From NCBI RefSeq assembly GCF_030684315.1, contig NC_081385.1, positions 6,126,341 to 6,190,340 on the forward strand: a stretch of DNA of 64,000 bases, in the 5' to 3' direction. Source of the DNA: Stegostoma tigrinum (Eukaryota). The position numbers were made by a program, and so were the translations under genes. The notes beneath the pieces were generated by a model, which had not been told where the DNA came from, searched no databases, and saw only the letters and a program-made list of their open reading frames with translations. Position 1 is the stretch's first letter. Each line of letters begins with the position of its first letter. Shown piece after piece: positions 1 to 33,221 of the stretch.

Positions 1-110
1 CTCTCTCTCTCTCGTCCTCTCTCTCTCTCTCTCCCCCGCCCCGTTCTCTCTCTTTCTCTCTCCTGTCTTCTCTCTCTCTCCTCTGTCTTTCTCTCTCTCT
101 CCTGTCTTTT

Positions 111-146
<36 letters not shown>

Positions 147-292
147 TCTCTCCCCCGCCCCCTCTCTCCCCCGCCCCCTCTCGCCCCCTCTCGCCCCCTC
201 TCGCCCCCTCTCGCCCCCTCTCGCCCCCTCTCGCCCCCTCTCGCCCCCTCTCGCCCCCTCTCGCCCCCTCTCGCCCCCTCTCGCCCCCTCTC
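1..292. repeat. (CT)n microsatellite grading into a 10-bp tandem repeat (CTCTCGCCCC)n, ending at an assembly gap
   Basis: Directly visible. The 10-mer repeats about 11 times from about 177 to 292. Confidence 0.95.
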
Positions 293-845
293 NNNNNNNN
301 NNNNNNNNNNNNNNNNNNNNNNNNNNNNNNNNNNNNNNNNNNNNNNNNNNNNNNNNNNNNNNNNNNNNNNNNNNNNNNNNNNNNNNNNNNNNNNNNNNNN
401 NNNNNNNNNNNNNNNNNNNNNNNNNNNNNNNNNNNNNNNNNNNNNNNNNNNNNNNNNNNNNNNNNNNNNNNNNNNNNNNNNNNNNNNNNNNNNNNNNNNN
501 NNNNNNNNNNNNNNNNNNNNNNNNNNNNNNNNNNNNNNNNNNNNNNNNNNNNNNNNNNNNNNNNNNNNNNNNNNNNNNNNNNNNNNNNNNNNNNNNNNNC
601 TCCTCTGTCTTTCTCTCACCCCTCTCTCTCTCTCTCTCTCTCTCCTGTCTTCTCTCTCTCTCCCTTCCGTTCTCTCTCTCTCCCCCCCCCGTTCTCTCTN
701 NNNNNNNNNNNNNNNNNNNNNNNNNNNNNNNNNNNNNNNNNNNNNNNNNNNNNNNNNNNNNNNNNNNNNNNNNNNNNNNNNNNNNNNNNNNNNNNNNNNN
801 NNNNNNNNNNNNNNNNNNNNNNNNNNNNNNNNNNNNNNNNNNNNN
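293..845. other. Two assembly gaps (N runs 293-599 and 700-845) inside CT-rich simple repeat
   Basis: N characters; (CT)n and (CA)n continue to about 912. Confidence 0.98.
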
Positions 846-858
846 CTCTCTCCTGTCT

Positions 859-910
<52 letters not shown>

Positions 911-1939
911 CATGTAAAAGAATAACTTTCAGATATCCCACAGATTTATAGCCATTCCCATATTGCCAGCTGATGGAATTGTGTTTGGTCTCCTGTGAGA
1001 GCTTGCTTTGTTGAGAGGCTTTTACAGCATAAATGTGGATACATGAGAGACTTCAAATGGCTTTCTAAGTGGGTGATATTGGGATAATTGATTTACTTGC
1101 TAATGTAAATATCTAATGCGCCAATTCCTAAACATTGCAGTAGAAGTGAGACTAAATGTGACAATAAATGGTATGAGTAATCATCACGCAGCATTTTATT
1201 TTAAAGACTGAGGTGATAGGAGGAAGTGAAGGTTCAGTGGTGTTAACCTGCAGGTTACATTACTTTGAGTGAATAACGCAATTGTAATGAGTTTCTTGCT
1301 CAATTGAATGAGGCGTTTTGGGGTTTGATGATCAAGTCATGCAATTCAAAGTTGAATTGAGTGGCATTGAGAATAAATCGGACGTGTTTTACTGTTTGCA
1401 CACTTTCCTGGTGAGAAGTTCTCCAAAGGTTTCTCGAATATATGAAAAAGATTCGGAAATAGAAGGAGGGAGAAAACTGTAGGAATAGAAGCCATGTGGA
1501 GTAATAACACTGTGAGCCCAGGTCAGTGAGATTCCAGTCACTTGTATGGCCCATATTAATCCTAATTCTGATTACCTGAAGCTTTAGGTCATTTGACCAC
1601 TTCAATCTGTTTTTGCTCCATTGACACTGAGACCTCTTTGGGTACCTCAAACTGCTTCTCAAACAACTTTTTTTCACTTGTGAAAAACTATTTGGTGCTT
1701 TATTGTAATGGATTTATTGTTGTCTGTCTTCCTGTATCCTGCGTTAGCCGTTTCCGGGCAACATCCTGCATTACGCCCAAATTTACTGAAATGTTGTCTA
1801 TTGCAAAAGAAATTGAGTGTGGAGAAGTTCTGCTACAGATCTACAAGACCTCAGTGAAACTGCATCTGGAGTATTGTCAGCAGTTTTGGTCTCCTTGGGA
1901 TAGCATTGTATTAGGAGCAGTTCAGAGAAGGTTTTGTCT

Positions 1940-2620
1940 CATAAAGAATCACAACACACAGCAGCTAGTCATCCAGCAATTATCTATTTTATGTCTATTC
2001 TAACCCCACTGCTCAGTACTTATTTCCACAGTCTTGTATATGATGGCATTTCAAGTGCTCATCTAAGTAATTCTTAAACGTTGCAATATTTCCTGCCTCA
2101 ATCGCCCTTTTTGAGGCAGTCTACTTCCAAGTACGCACCACCCTCTGGGTGGAAAAGCAGCTATCCTTAAATCTGTTGTAAACTTTCTGTCTCTTCACTG
2201 AAATCTTTGCCCTCAGTAACAGATCATTCCTCTCATGATAGGGGCTTCTTCCTAGCGACCTTATCGAAGCCTTTCATAATTTTGTAGACTTCAGTCAGAC
2301 TCCCCTCAGCTTTCTGTGCTCCAAGGAAAACAGCCCAGTCTATCAGGTTTGTCTTTTTGTAACAGAATAGTTCCAGGCAGCATCCTGATGAACCTCCTCT
2401 GTACCCTCTCTGTATGTTCACATCTTTGCTATCGTGTGGCAACTCAGAACCACATACAGTACTCCAGCTGTAGACTAACTGATGTCCTATACAACTCCAT
2501 TATAACCTCCCCCCTCTTGTATTCAAAACCTTGATTAATAAACACTGGTATCTTGCATTAAGTTCTGTATCCATTTGTCCTTTTGCCTTCAATGATCTAT
2601 GTACATATTCACAAAGGTCC
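1940..2620 (-). mobile_element. Decayed CR1 LINE 3' end, antisense
   Basis: Minus-strand peptide GSLTEVYKIMKGFDKV and a CR1-type 3' tail near 1945. Confidence 0.75.
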
Positions 2621-2846
2621 CTTACTCAGCTGATTCCTGTAATGATGGCCATAACTTACAATGAAAAGTTGAACAGATCAGGCCTGTGTAATTTGGGAGT
2701 TAGAAGATTGGGAGGTATTTCTTGTTGAAGGAACTTGTCAGGCTGAATGATGAGAGGATATTCCTACCCTTGGACAGTCTAGAATTATTGGATGTGAAGG
2801 GGCACAGTTTAAAAACAGATGAGGATAAATCCTTTCTCTGAGGATG

Positions 2847-4041
2847 AGATAGTAGGAACTGCAGATGCTGGAGAATCTGAGATAACCAGGTGTAGAGCTG
2901 GATGAGCACAGCAGACCAAACAGCATCAGAGGATCAGGAAGGCTGACAATTCAGGCCTATACCCTTCTTGAGTGGTGTTCCACAGGGCTCTGTCCTTGGG
3001 CCTCTACTGTTTGTAATTTTTACTAATGACTTGGATGAGGGGATTGAAGGATGGGTCAGCAAGTTTGCAGACGACAGGAAGGTTGGAGGTGTCATTGACA
3101 GTATAGAGGGCTGTTGTAGGCTGCAGCAGGACATTGACAGGATGCAGAGATGGGCTGAGAGGTGGCAGATGGAGTTCAACCTGGACAAATGCGAGGTGAT
3201 GCATTTTGGAAGGTCGAATTTGAAAGCTGAGTACAGGATTAAGGATAGGATTCTTGGCAGTGTGGAGGAACAGAGGGATCTTGGTGTCCAGATACATAGA
3301 TCCCTTAAAATGGCCACCCAAGTGGACAGGGTTGTTAAGAAAGCATATGGTGTTTTGGCTTTCATTAGCAGGGGGATTGAGTTTAAGAGTCGTGAGATCT
3401 TGTTGCAGCTCTATAAAACTTTGGTTAGACCGCACTTGGAATACTGCGTCCAGTTCTGGTCGCCCTATTACAGGAAAGATGTGGATGCTTTGGAGAGGGT
3501 TCAGAGGAGGTTCACAGGATGCTGCCTGGACTGGAGGGCTTATCTTATGAAGAGAGGTTGACTGAGCTCGGACTTTTTTCATTGGAGAAAAGGAGGAGGA
3601 GAGGGGACCTAATTGAGGTATACAAGATAATGAGAGGCATAGACAGAGTTGATAGCCAGAGACTATTTCCCAGGGCTAAAATGGCTAACACGAGGGGTCA
3701 TAGTTTTAAGCTGGTTGGAGGAAAGTATAGAGGGGATGTCAGAGGCAGGTTCTTTACACAGAGAGTTGTGAGAGCATGGAATGCGTTGCCAGCAGCAGTT
3801 GTGGAAGCAAGGTCATTGGGAACATTTAAGAGACTGCTGGACATGCATATGGTCACAGAAATTTGAGGGTGCATACATGAGGATCAATGGTCGGCACAAC
3901 ATCGTGGGCTGAAGGGCCTGTTCTGTGCTGTACTGTTCTATGTTCTATGTTCGAAGGGTCTAGGCCCAAAACATTAGCCTTCCTGCTCCTCTGATGCTAC
4001 TTGGCCTGCTGTGTTCATCCAGCTCTACACCTTGTTATCTC
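2847..4041. mobile_element. Penelope-like fold-back insertion, family A (arms about 2847-2967 and 3953-4041), with a CR1 in its centre
   Basis: Arms are reverse complements (about 85% identical) and match the termini of the element at 55956-59110. Flanking direct repeat CTTTCTCTGAGG at 2832-2843 and 4041-4052. Confidence 0.85.
2968..3952 (+). mobile_element. Young 5'-truncated CR1 LINE (HER1-like): RT C-terminal region and 3' UTR, one frameshift near 3519
   Basis: SGVPQGSVLGPLLF, FADD, VRPHLEYCVQFWSP, RGDLIEVYKIM; ORF2 stop at 3866; ends in a (TGTTCTA)n tail. Confidence 0.95.
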
Positions 4042-4464
4042 TTTCTCTGAGGGTGTTTAGTGTTTGGAATTCTTGCCCACAGTGAGCAGTGGAGGCTGGG
4101 TCTCTGAATATATTCACAGTCAAATTGAAAAGATCTTTGATTAACAAATGTGATTCAAGGTTGTGAAGATTGGAGAAGAAAGTGTTGTGTGGACCAAATC
4201 TGATCAACCATGATCTTAGAGGGCTGAATAGCCCCTAAAGCTTATGATGATGCAGGAATCAGGCAGTGAGGCTGGACTTCTATTTTTAATGCCTGTTTAT
4301 TTTTCTTTTGGTAAATGAGTGTTCTGTCCCATGACTTTATGGAATGTGGGGAGTGTCTTTGTTTTGAAGTCATCCTGTCTGTGTTTGGTAACCCATCTTG
4401 GGGAATGAGGGAGACTGTCACCGTGTGTTTCAGTCTCCTGGGTGAGAGAGAACAGTGCTCCACT

Positions 4465-4555
4465 GAAGTTCAAAGGAAGGGTCACTCAATCTGAAACATT
4501 AACTCTGATCTCTCTCCACAGATGCTGCCAGGCCTGCTGAGCTTTTCAAATAATA
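4465..4555 (+). mobile_element. Penelope-like terminal fragment, family B, with degenerate hammerhead motif
   Basis: GGAAGGGTCAC...GAAACATTAACTCTG...CAGATGCTGCCAG...CTGCTGAGC, shared with many copies in the window. Confidence 0.7.
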
Positions 4556-4689
4556 TTTTTATATTTTTGACTTAGTCATTAGGTGATTTGTTTAACGTGT
4601 AAACATCCACGTTCAATCCTATCCCACATTACTCCCGTGACTGACTATACACCAGGAGCAGCAGATACCCATGGAGAGGGTAATTTCAT

Positions 4690-5100
4690 TGCATACTCCA
4701 GAGCCTGGATCTAAAGTTGTAGATTCACCATAACAGCTGTAGGGGGTATTTTAAATCCAGTTTATAATCTGGGATGCAGGTCTAGTCTCGTTTACTAATG
4801 ACAGGATTTCTGATTTTAAAAAATCCAATATAGTTCACTGTCTTGAGGAAGGAAAACTGTACACCTTCATTGGTCTGGTCTAACATGTGCCTCCCAGATC
4901 CACAACAATGCGTTTGCCTCTTCAGTGCCCTCTGAAATGGCCTAGCAAGCCTCTACGTTCTGCCAAATCATTATAGAAAATTTTGAGTGTATGTGGACTG
5001 CAGCAGTTCAAGAAGGCAGCTCACCACGACCTCCTCAAGGACAGTTCGGAGATGCATAACCTCTAGTCCCGCCAATGACATGCACATCCCCTGAATGAAT
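4690..5100 (+). mobile_element. SINE whose 3' tail matches the second LINE family (other copies about 11075-11432 -, 15494-15822 -, 23965-24200 +, 34265-34500 +, 54130-54415 +)
   Basis: Shared core GAAGGAAA...GGTCTGG...ACATGTGACTCCAGA...TGCCCTCTGAAATGG and tail CACATCCC(A/C)TGAATGAAT, also found at the LINE ends at 43652 and 63090. Confidence 0.65.
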
Positions 5101-5224
5101 GGGAGCAAAACACATAACCAGCCTAGATGTGGGTGCCCATATTCTGAGCCCTGCCTTCTGTCATATCCTTTTTTTAAACAGAAGGTTCGAGAAGTGAGGG
5201 GGAAATCCTGGAAGATAAACTTGA

Positions 5225-5686
5225 GGGTGGCACGGTGGCTCACTGGTTAGCTGCTGCCTCACAGCACCAAGGACCCAGGTTCGATTCCACCCTCTGGTGA
5301 CTGTCTGTGTGGAGTTTGTGCGTTCTCCCCGTGTCTGCGTGGATTTCCTCTTGGTTCTGAGGAAGGGTTGCGGATTCAAAACGTTAACTCTGTTTTTTTC
5401 CCTTCACAGATACTGCCAGACCTGCTGTGCTTTTCCAGCAATTTCTGTTTTGTTTCCTGTTGGTGGGCTGTGGTTTCCTCCCTTAGTTCAAAGATGTACA
5501 GGTTAGGGTGGACTGGCCATGTTAAACTGCCCATAGCGTCCAGGGATGTACAGGTTAGGTGGATTAAGCATGGGAAATGCAGGATTACAGGAATGGGGTG
5601 GGGGATGGGTCTGGGTTGGATGTCCTTCAGAAGGTCGCTCTAGAATTGATGGGTTGGATGGCCTGCTCCCACACTGTAGGGATTCT
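5225..5686 (+). mobile_element. HE1/V-SINE-like tRNA-derived SINE, interrupted by a family B Penelope fragment (about 5352-5460)
   Basis: A box and B box (GGTTCGATTCC), V-domain TGTGTGGAGTTTG...TCTCCCCGTGTCTGCGTGG, CR1-like tail. Confidence 0.85.
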
Positions 5687-6139
5687 GAGTTGAACATTCT
5701 GACCCTTGTGTGCACTAACTACATCATGAACACCGGTTCAGTCTGTGCTTAAATGTCATGATCATTTTGTAACAATAAGTTCAGCCATTAAGGAACAGAA
5801 TTCCTGGCTGACTCCCTCCCTCCCCTCTCTATTCCTTGTTTACACACCACCTTTTCCTTGTGGAATCCTAAAGAAGCCTGCTATAACTGACTCGATTCCA
5901 TCTGGAGTGTCAATGTTGCTTGATGCCCAGTGAGCTCTGGTGTGAGAGTTGTGAGCTGTTAGATTGACAGAGGTCAGAACTGTCACACTAGCATAGAGCT
6001 GTAAGTTTACAGCTGAATGAAGTTCCCCTCTGAAGGTGAGAGAGAGACAAAACCGCAGCAATCTTTTGGATTGCAATGAGCAAATGCTGCGCAACAGACT
6101 CCCACTTAAAACATGGTCATTTTCGGATTGAGCTAAAAT

Positions 6140-6670
6140 GCGCTGGAAACTATCTGCAGGTCTGGCAGCATCTATGGAAGGAAGAGTTGATGTTTTGGGT
6201 CAATGACCTTTGATTGGAACTGGGCAAGTTTGAAATGCAGTCAGGTTGAAACAAGTGAAAAAGGATCAGAGTAGGGTAATGAACGAGGGAAAGCCTGTGC
6301 TGGAGTGAAAGAGGACTGAGATTGAGTGAGAGGAGAAGTTGATTGTGCTGAAGGGAGCGGTGACAGGACACGGAATGCTGTCTGGAGGAGGCATGATGAT
6401 AAACCAAACAGCTATCTGAAAGAAAAGAGTGAAACCAAAACACCCAGAGAAATGGAACGAAATGGATGCAGAGATTTACAATCTGAAATTCTTGAACTCT
6501 TGTTGTCTGGAATGCTATAGTGTGCTTAATGATAAGGTGCCATCGTTCAAGATTATCTTGAGCTCACTGGAACAATACAGCTGACCTAGAGCTCTGCATG
6601 GGTCACAGAATTAAATTAACAGATGATACGAAACCTGATCATGCCTGTCGACTGGAAGGGGATGTTTTAC
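6140..6670 (-). mobile_element. Decayed Penelope-like 3' end (family B terminus plus a remnant resembling the GIY-YIG C-terminus)
   Basis: Family B terminus at 6140-6215. 6480-6590 resembles the reverse complement of the LIFRLGTLQP.G.N region of the element at 58533-58793. Confidence 0.5.
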
Positions 6671-6856
6671 AAATACAACAAACAGCATAACTTTGTTTTC
6701 AGTTGGGACGTTTTGTGTCTTTGCTGGCAGGCTCTTTCTTTACCTGCAGTGACGTCACCAAAAACCGAAAGATAACTATTCTCTCCCACCACAAGCTATT
6801 ACCTCTAGCCAGTGACTGAGAAACCAAACGATTAATGTGTCTTCAGTCAGGTATAA

Positions 6857-7074
6857 AAAGGTAAAGCTGCAGTAGTCTTGCCAGACCATAGGCCTGCAGT
6901 CTGTCTCTCTCATTAGAGCGGTGGTGGTCTAACTTGAGGGCCATCACTCCTCAAGTGAAGGGAGAGTTTGAGAAGCTGGGACCTTCATGATAACTTTGGC
7001 CAATGTAGGAATTGAACCCGGGCTGTTGGCATCACTCTGCATTGCAACCCAACCATCCAGGCAACTGAGCTAAC
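6857..7074 (-). mobile_element. tRNA-derived SINE, third family (also 51177-51368 + and 60283-60435 -)
   Basis: Minus strand starts GTTAGCTCAGTTG with B box GGTTCAATTCC. Core GACCCTCA.GTTA.ACCACCA...CTAATGAGA is shared among the three copies. Confidence 0.7.
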
Positions 7075-7744
7075 AAGGCAATTAAATGCTAATATGTTAT
7101 TGTGGGATTAGATTTGACTATTTAAAGCAGCAAAGTTTCCATTCCTCACTTTGGATTTTTAATCGCCATTTGATAGCTTTCCAGTCATTTGCTGATATCT
7201 GCTTTATTATTTTTAGGTTATTGTAAAACTGATTTTCAAACCCTCAAATACCAATAGTGGGATTGAAATCCCTGTCCTGTGGGTGATCAGCCCTGTACAT
7301 TCTCTACTCTCGCCATATCCTTTTGCTTTTAATCTGTGTACTTGGCCTCTAAGTGAGCAAGTGTTTCTTCACGCTTCGACTTGTCTCTGAGTTTTGTTTA
7401 AAAATAGAAATTTAAAAGGTTAAAGCGTGATCTAATTAAAATGGTGAAGATACTTCAAAGGAGTTGATAAACAGGGAGACACTATATTTCCATTTGTTGG
7501 TAGGGGTGAGCGTAAGGGTCCAGAATGGAAGGGATCATAATCTGAAAATTACAGCCCAGGCATTCATTGCTGGCACCAAGAAACACTGCTCCATATGAAG
7601 GGTTTGAAATTTAAAATGACCGACTGCAAACACCCAAGACTGAAGTTCAGTTGAAATGTCAATATTTCAATGAGTGTATTTTTGTGGGATGTGAGAGGGA
7701 AAATGGAGTTTAGATTCAGATCTGCTTTAATCTAATTAATTAGA

Positions 7745-8100
7745 GCGATAGAGTTATACAGCACTGAAACGGACCCTTTGGGCCAATGTGTTCATGCCGA
7801 CCATATATCTTAAATTAATCCAGTCCCATTTGCCAGCATTTGGCCCATATCCCTCTAAATCCTTCCTATTCATGAACCCGTCCAGATGCCTTTTTAAATG
7901 TTGTAATTGTATCAGCCTCCACCAATTCTTCTGGTCCCTCATTCCATACACTTACCACCCGCTGTGTGAAGAAGTTGCCCCTTGGGCCCCTTTTAAAACC
8001 TTTCCCCTCTTGCCTTCAAACCTGTGCCCTCGAGTTTTGGGCTCTCTACCCTGGCAAAAGGGCCTTGGCTATTCACCCTATCTATGCCCCTTCATGATAT
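7745..8100 (-). mobile_element. CR1 LINE 3' fragment
   Basis: KRHLDGFMNRKDLEGYGPNAGKWD, nearly identical to the peptide at 63462-63995. Confidence 0.9.
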
Positions 8101-8174
8101 TTTGGAACAGATTTGAGTGGCTGACTGGCTTCTGTTTGTAATTCTTTAGTGTGTAATAGGAGCTCTATGAAGTA

Positions 8175-8375
8175 CTCTTGTGGTGCTGTGGTTTTTGTTC
8201 ATTCATGAGATGTGGGCATTGCCCGTCCCTAGTTGCCCTTGAAATGGTGTTGGTGAGTTGTGTCTTTGAACGCTGCTGTTCCCGTGTCCCTAGCTCTGGA
8301 CCAGGAAGCCTACGTTCAAGTCCCACCTGCTCCAGAAGTATGTCGTAACATCTCCAAACAGTTTAATCAGTGATA
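8175..8375 (+). mobile_element. Short (about 120 bp) tRNA-derived element split by an inserted LINE/SINE tail (other copies about 17198-17320 +, 33625-33735 -, 48915-49005 +)
   Basis: CTCTTGTGGTGC.GTGG...GTGTCCCTA.CTCTGGACCAGGA...GTTCAAGTCCCACCTGCTCCAGA. Confidence 0.6.
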
Positions 8376-8760
8376 ACACAGAAAGAAAAGAAAGTTGTGT
8401 TAATGTCAGGCTAGGAGAAGATTGGTGTAACTGGGGGAGTATGGCTGAGGAAAGACCACCCAGGAACCTCTGTGATAACCGTGACCTGGAATTGCTCAAT
8501 GTTTTACATGCAGAGGCTTCCTGAAATTACGCTCAAATTTTTCTCTTCCTTTCGCTCCTTTGTCCTCCTTCCCAATCCTCACTGAGCCCAGGAACTAGTG
8601 TTACCGGTGACTGGCATGAGGGAAACATATGAAGTTTCTTGATCTGGATGAATTTTTTTCATCTACATTTCAGTCCTAATGTTCCATTGGCTGTTCTCTA
8701 AGTGAAAATCGATGATTCTTAGACTAATGGAAGCTGAGAGCCGGAGGGAGTACAATGGTT

Positions 8761-8900
8761 AAAAAAAATGAAAGAACTGCAGATGCTGGAAACCTGGAAC
8801 AAAAAACAGAAATACTGGAGAATCTCAGCAGGTCTGGCAGCATCTGGAGAGAAATCAGAGTTAATGTTTTGTGTCGAGTGACCCTTCCTCAGAACTATGA
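8761..8900 (-). mobile_element. Penelope-like terminal fragment, family B, single arm
   Basis: Minus strand reads GTTCTGAGGAAGGGTCAC...AAACATTAACTCTG. Flanking repeat TACAAT(G/A)GTT at 8751-8760 and 8901-8910. Confidence 0.8.
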
Positions 8901-10427
8901 TACAATAGTTGTTGGGGGCAGGGTTGTATTATCTCCCATCTTGGTTGTCCTGTACAAGTGCAATTAGCAAGTTTCTCCATTTCAAAAGGCACTATGACTC
9001 GAGCAGATTGTGTGGAATTAAAATTAACGTGGAATCTCGAGTAAAGTTCTTGAATCAAAGAAAAATGTTGCAGGATGCTGGAAATTAAAAAGAGAAAGCG
9101 CAACAGCAGCTCAGCTGGACTGAAGACACCTGAGGCTTTGTGAAGAACTCTAAACATTAAATCTGTTTCTGCCTCCCCAGCTGCTGCTGAGTTTCTCTGG
9201 CAATTTTCTTCCTTTAGAAAGGATAGCTATTTTTGGATGAAGGAACCAGTGACTTGTTTTTTTTAAACAACGATCTAATAGATTCCACGGTCACTTTATT
9301 TTTGATGCCAGTCCACAAATGACCAGATTTATTCGATCAGAATGTTGTGGGATTTTGACTCCTGATCCTCTGGGATCTTATGGCCAACGCCCTTAAACTC
9401 TGCATTGTCAGTGTGTAGGAATGATCCAGCCCATTGAAGATATTATTAGAGTAGATGGTAGTGTCTGAGCAAAAGAATCACAGTTGAATTTGTTAATGCT
9501 GTGTGGGGAAAGTTCAAGCTACAGAGACCACCAGAACCCCTCATTCACACAGGAATTCATGGGGGGCTGGCTCTGTTCACCTACTGAAAGTTGTGAATTA
9601 CTTGGCCCATTTCAGGCTGAACATCCTTAGAGGCTTAGCTGGTCCATCCCAGTGTTTATGCTCCACTACAGCTTTGTTGCCTGATATACATTCCATTCTC
9701 TCTCTCTCATGTTTACTACACATCATTTTAAAGGCGTCTCCACTGTTATGTTGATCAATCTGTGGTCATGAGTTCTGCCTTCTTATCAGGCTGTGGTCAA
9801 AGGAGTTTCTGCTGGATTTCTCATGGCATTGCTAACCACTGTGCCACTGTTTACTAACTTTATATTTCTGGTTCCAGTTTCTATTCACCTTACAAATGGA
9901 AACCTGTTCTTCCTGTTAAACCATTTCAGAAATTTCAAGATGATGAAACTGTTGGCCTACTCTGATTTCGAGAGGATAGAGCTCCATCCTGTTATCGTTC
10001 CTTGGATCTAGTAGCAAACTTGTAAATTGTTTACTACGTTTTCTCGAGTATCTCTATCTCTTTTTGATAATATTGAGACCAGAACTCTGCAAACTACTCA
10101 GTGTGGTCTCTCCAAATGTTTTGCAATATATGGGTTTGCAATAACTTTGCTTTTCAATTGTATCCCTTTAGATTTGTTTGCTTTTACACAGGGCTTTTTT
10201 ATTGCTATCTTATTGCTTTCCCATCTGTACAGGATGATCTGTTTGCTTGTTTGCAGTGTTCAGACTTGTTTTCCCAGCAGTACGTGGCCTCCTTGCTCTT
10301 GCTCACCGAAATGCACCATCTTGCTTTGATCTGTGTTGACATTTATGTTGTTAACTTTGGCCTTTTAGTAGGCAGTGGCTGTGCCACTGACCACCTCTAG
10401 CGCAGCAATTGTCTCCGAACCTCTGGA

Positions 10428-30938
<20,511 letters not shown>

Positions 30939-33215
30939 GAACAAGAGGTGTGGGGACAGAAGTCCACTTTGTTCCTTGACCCGGTTTCCTGAATGTACGG
31001 GAGACTATTACTCTATGCACTTTATTGAAGATTTTTAAGGGATGCAATGAATTACTTCTTTGTCTTGCCTTTGCTCAGTCCAAAATGCAAGACTGCAAAA
31101 CTCTCAGACACCAACCCTCATGACCCCCTACAAGGGAGTTCAGACATGAGATTCGGGCAAATGACAGAAATTTGTAGTAACTTTTTATGTTTTTATATTA
31201 TGTGAACTGTGTCAATTTTGAGATTACAAACCATCCAATTGTACACTGTTCTGTGTTGTCAATATCGAAAAGTCTGAAAGTACAATGGAAGGAATGGGAT
31301 TTGTTAACTTATCTTCCAGGGAGCAACTAATGTTGTTGTTGACTTATTCTAAATACCTCCTGGTGGCTCAAACCTCCACATTTCTAAATGTCTTGCCACC
31401 AAAAAATAACCTTTTAATCTTTTGATTGAAAATGACTGATGGACAACCAGAAGGGTTAGAAATTCTTTCTGATTCACAGATTGATGGCCAGAGTTTTTGC
31501 ACAGCAGGTTCCAGGTTTTCCTACTGATATTCTGCAAAGGAAAGATTGAGCAGGATGTATTTGGTGAAGACCAGAGCCTTGTTTTTAATATAGCTTTATT
31601 ATTTTACATTGTAACTTTTTAATGTTTGTGAAACACACATTTTAATACCTGTTGGTAAAGCTTGGAAAGCGTTGATGATGAGGGATTGGGGGTGTGCAGG
31701 TGTATGGAAAAAGCTATGTGCTGCTTGAGTCTATCTGTCTAGGAGATTGTCACCCCTATCTCCTTGAATTTGAGAGCGGACCCAAAATAATGAAAAGGGC
31801 TATTTTGTGTGTTTTGATGCAGACGAGGAATACTGGTATTTGGAAATGGCACCCTATTCCCTTGTTGACATTGATAAGAACCACCCCGGATTGGAGACTT
31901 AAGTCTTGATCTCTGTCCCCTTCCATCAAATAGTCTTCCAGGTGAAGATGTGCTGCATGCAAATTTGTACACCCTTCACGCTGCCCAGCGTAAAGACTAA
32001 TTCTACAGCAACAAGCCGTGGTCATTGATTTGATTAATTTCTGGATGAGATTGAAGCGCAGTAGGAGTGCCAAGGGAGGAGTAAATTTGTTTGGAGACTG
32101 GCAAAAGCCACAGTGAGGGAGTAGATTTCACTAAGACTTCTAGAAGTGACTGCCAGAGAGAAAACAGTCCTATGTGGTCATATTGATAAAGGCCGTGAGC
32201 GAGCATAATCCTCGTGAAACCAGATGGGCCATCTGAATCTTAATGGTTGTAATCCAATGAACATTGGCTTGTGTATGGTATGTCAATTCATGGATATTTC
32301 CATAATGCTTCATTCAACAAAATGCAGAACCTATTTTAAAAAGGAGCTTTTGATTTAAAGATATTTACTTGAATCAGGGTCAACTCTTCCTCATGATTGA
32401 GGCAAAGCTGAGGAGCATTTTTATGAACTTGTGCACTAACTCGAGGAGGAGATAAACTGGTTGAAAATGGGGGGCCTTAGTCACTCAGTGTGGGAAGTGC
32501 ACTGCTTGGGCAGGTACCTGTCTGCATTAGCCAGATCCCTGATTTCATCCATGGATTCTACAGCATTGAGTGGCACAGCCACGTCTCGGTGAGAAGGAAG
32601 CAGTTATATTTGGTTTGAAAGCCTTTGGTCGGTGTTGGCTATCACAAATCATCCAGCAGTCCTACCTCTCACTTTCCAGTGTCTCCTGCTTTGGAATGCA
32701 TGTGTTGGTAAGTCCAAGGCCTGGGCTATGATCCATTTTTGTCTCCTTACCAATATTCTGAAAATTGTCACTGTCTAAAACCTGTACGTGATGGAGAGGG
32801 AATTATGTGGGGGCTGAGGGAGTTGCCATAGAGTGTACATAAATCCATTCTCAAATGAGAGAGCTGGTTCCTTTTCGTTGACTGGGGAGGGACTGTTAAA
32901 GACTCACTATTTTTCTGTTATATAACAAAAATGTTCATTCAACCTGTTGATCGGAGGTGACATTTTCCGTTTGGAAACCAACCGGGTTAGTTCCCATCTG
33001 TAATTTCTGTTTGGTCCATCTTTGTGGTACTGATCCTGGTGCTAACCTCTTCTAGCGACAAAAGTGAATGCTGCTTTTTCTCACTCTCTCAATGCCACAT
33101 CCCCCTCGAGTGACTATAGCTTTGATCTTGAATGTTTGCACCAAATTGCATGTCAATTTTTTTTTGGTTTGGCTTTTTTGATATCTTTGTACCGGAATAT
33201 TCAGATTTGTTTTTA

Positions 33216-33221
33216 AATAAA
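33216..33221 (+). promoter_or_regulatory. Candidate TMPRSS4 polyadenylation signal AATAAA
   Basis: About 2.3 kb after the stop, with U-rich sequence upstream and GU-rich TGTTGTGTATGTG downstream. Confidence 0.5.

Larger units (their letters stand above)
1790..4245 (+). mobile_element. Old CR1 LINE 3' remnant in three pieces (about 1790-1935, 2620-2846, 4053-4245), split by later insertions
   Basis: Peptide LLQIYKTSVKLHLEYCQQFWSP...AVQRRF matches the CR1 ORF2 C-terminus seen at 2968-3866. The sequence resumes colinearly after each insertion. Confidence 0.7.

Noticed and set aside
616-906. ORF encoding an RE-repeat protein
   Set aside because: Translation of a (CT)n microsatellite across an N gap.
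6852-6858. TATAAAA as a TMPRSS4 TATA box
   Set aside because: It abuts and is partly formed by the tail of an antisense SINE; no independent support.
8755-8757. ATG|GTT as the TMPRSS4 start exon
   Set aside because: Poor donor, and it lies within the TSD of a family B insertion.
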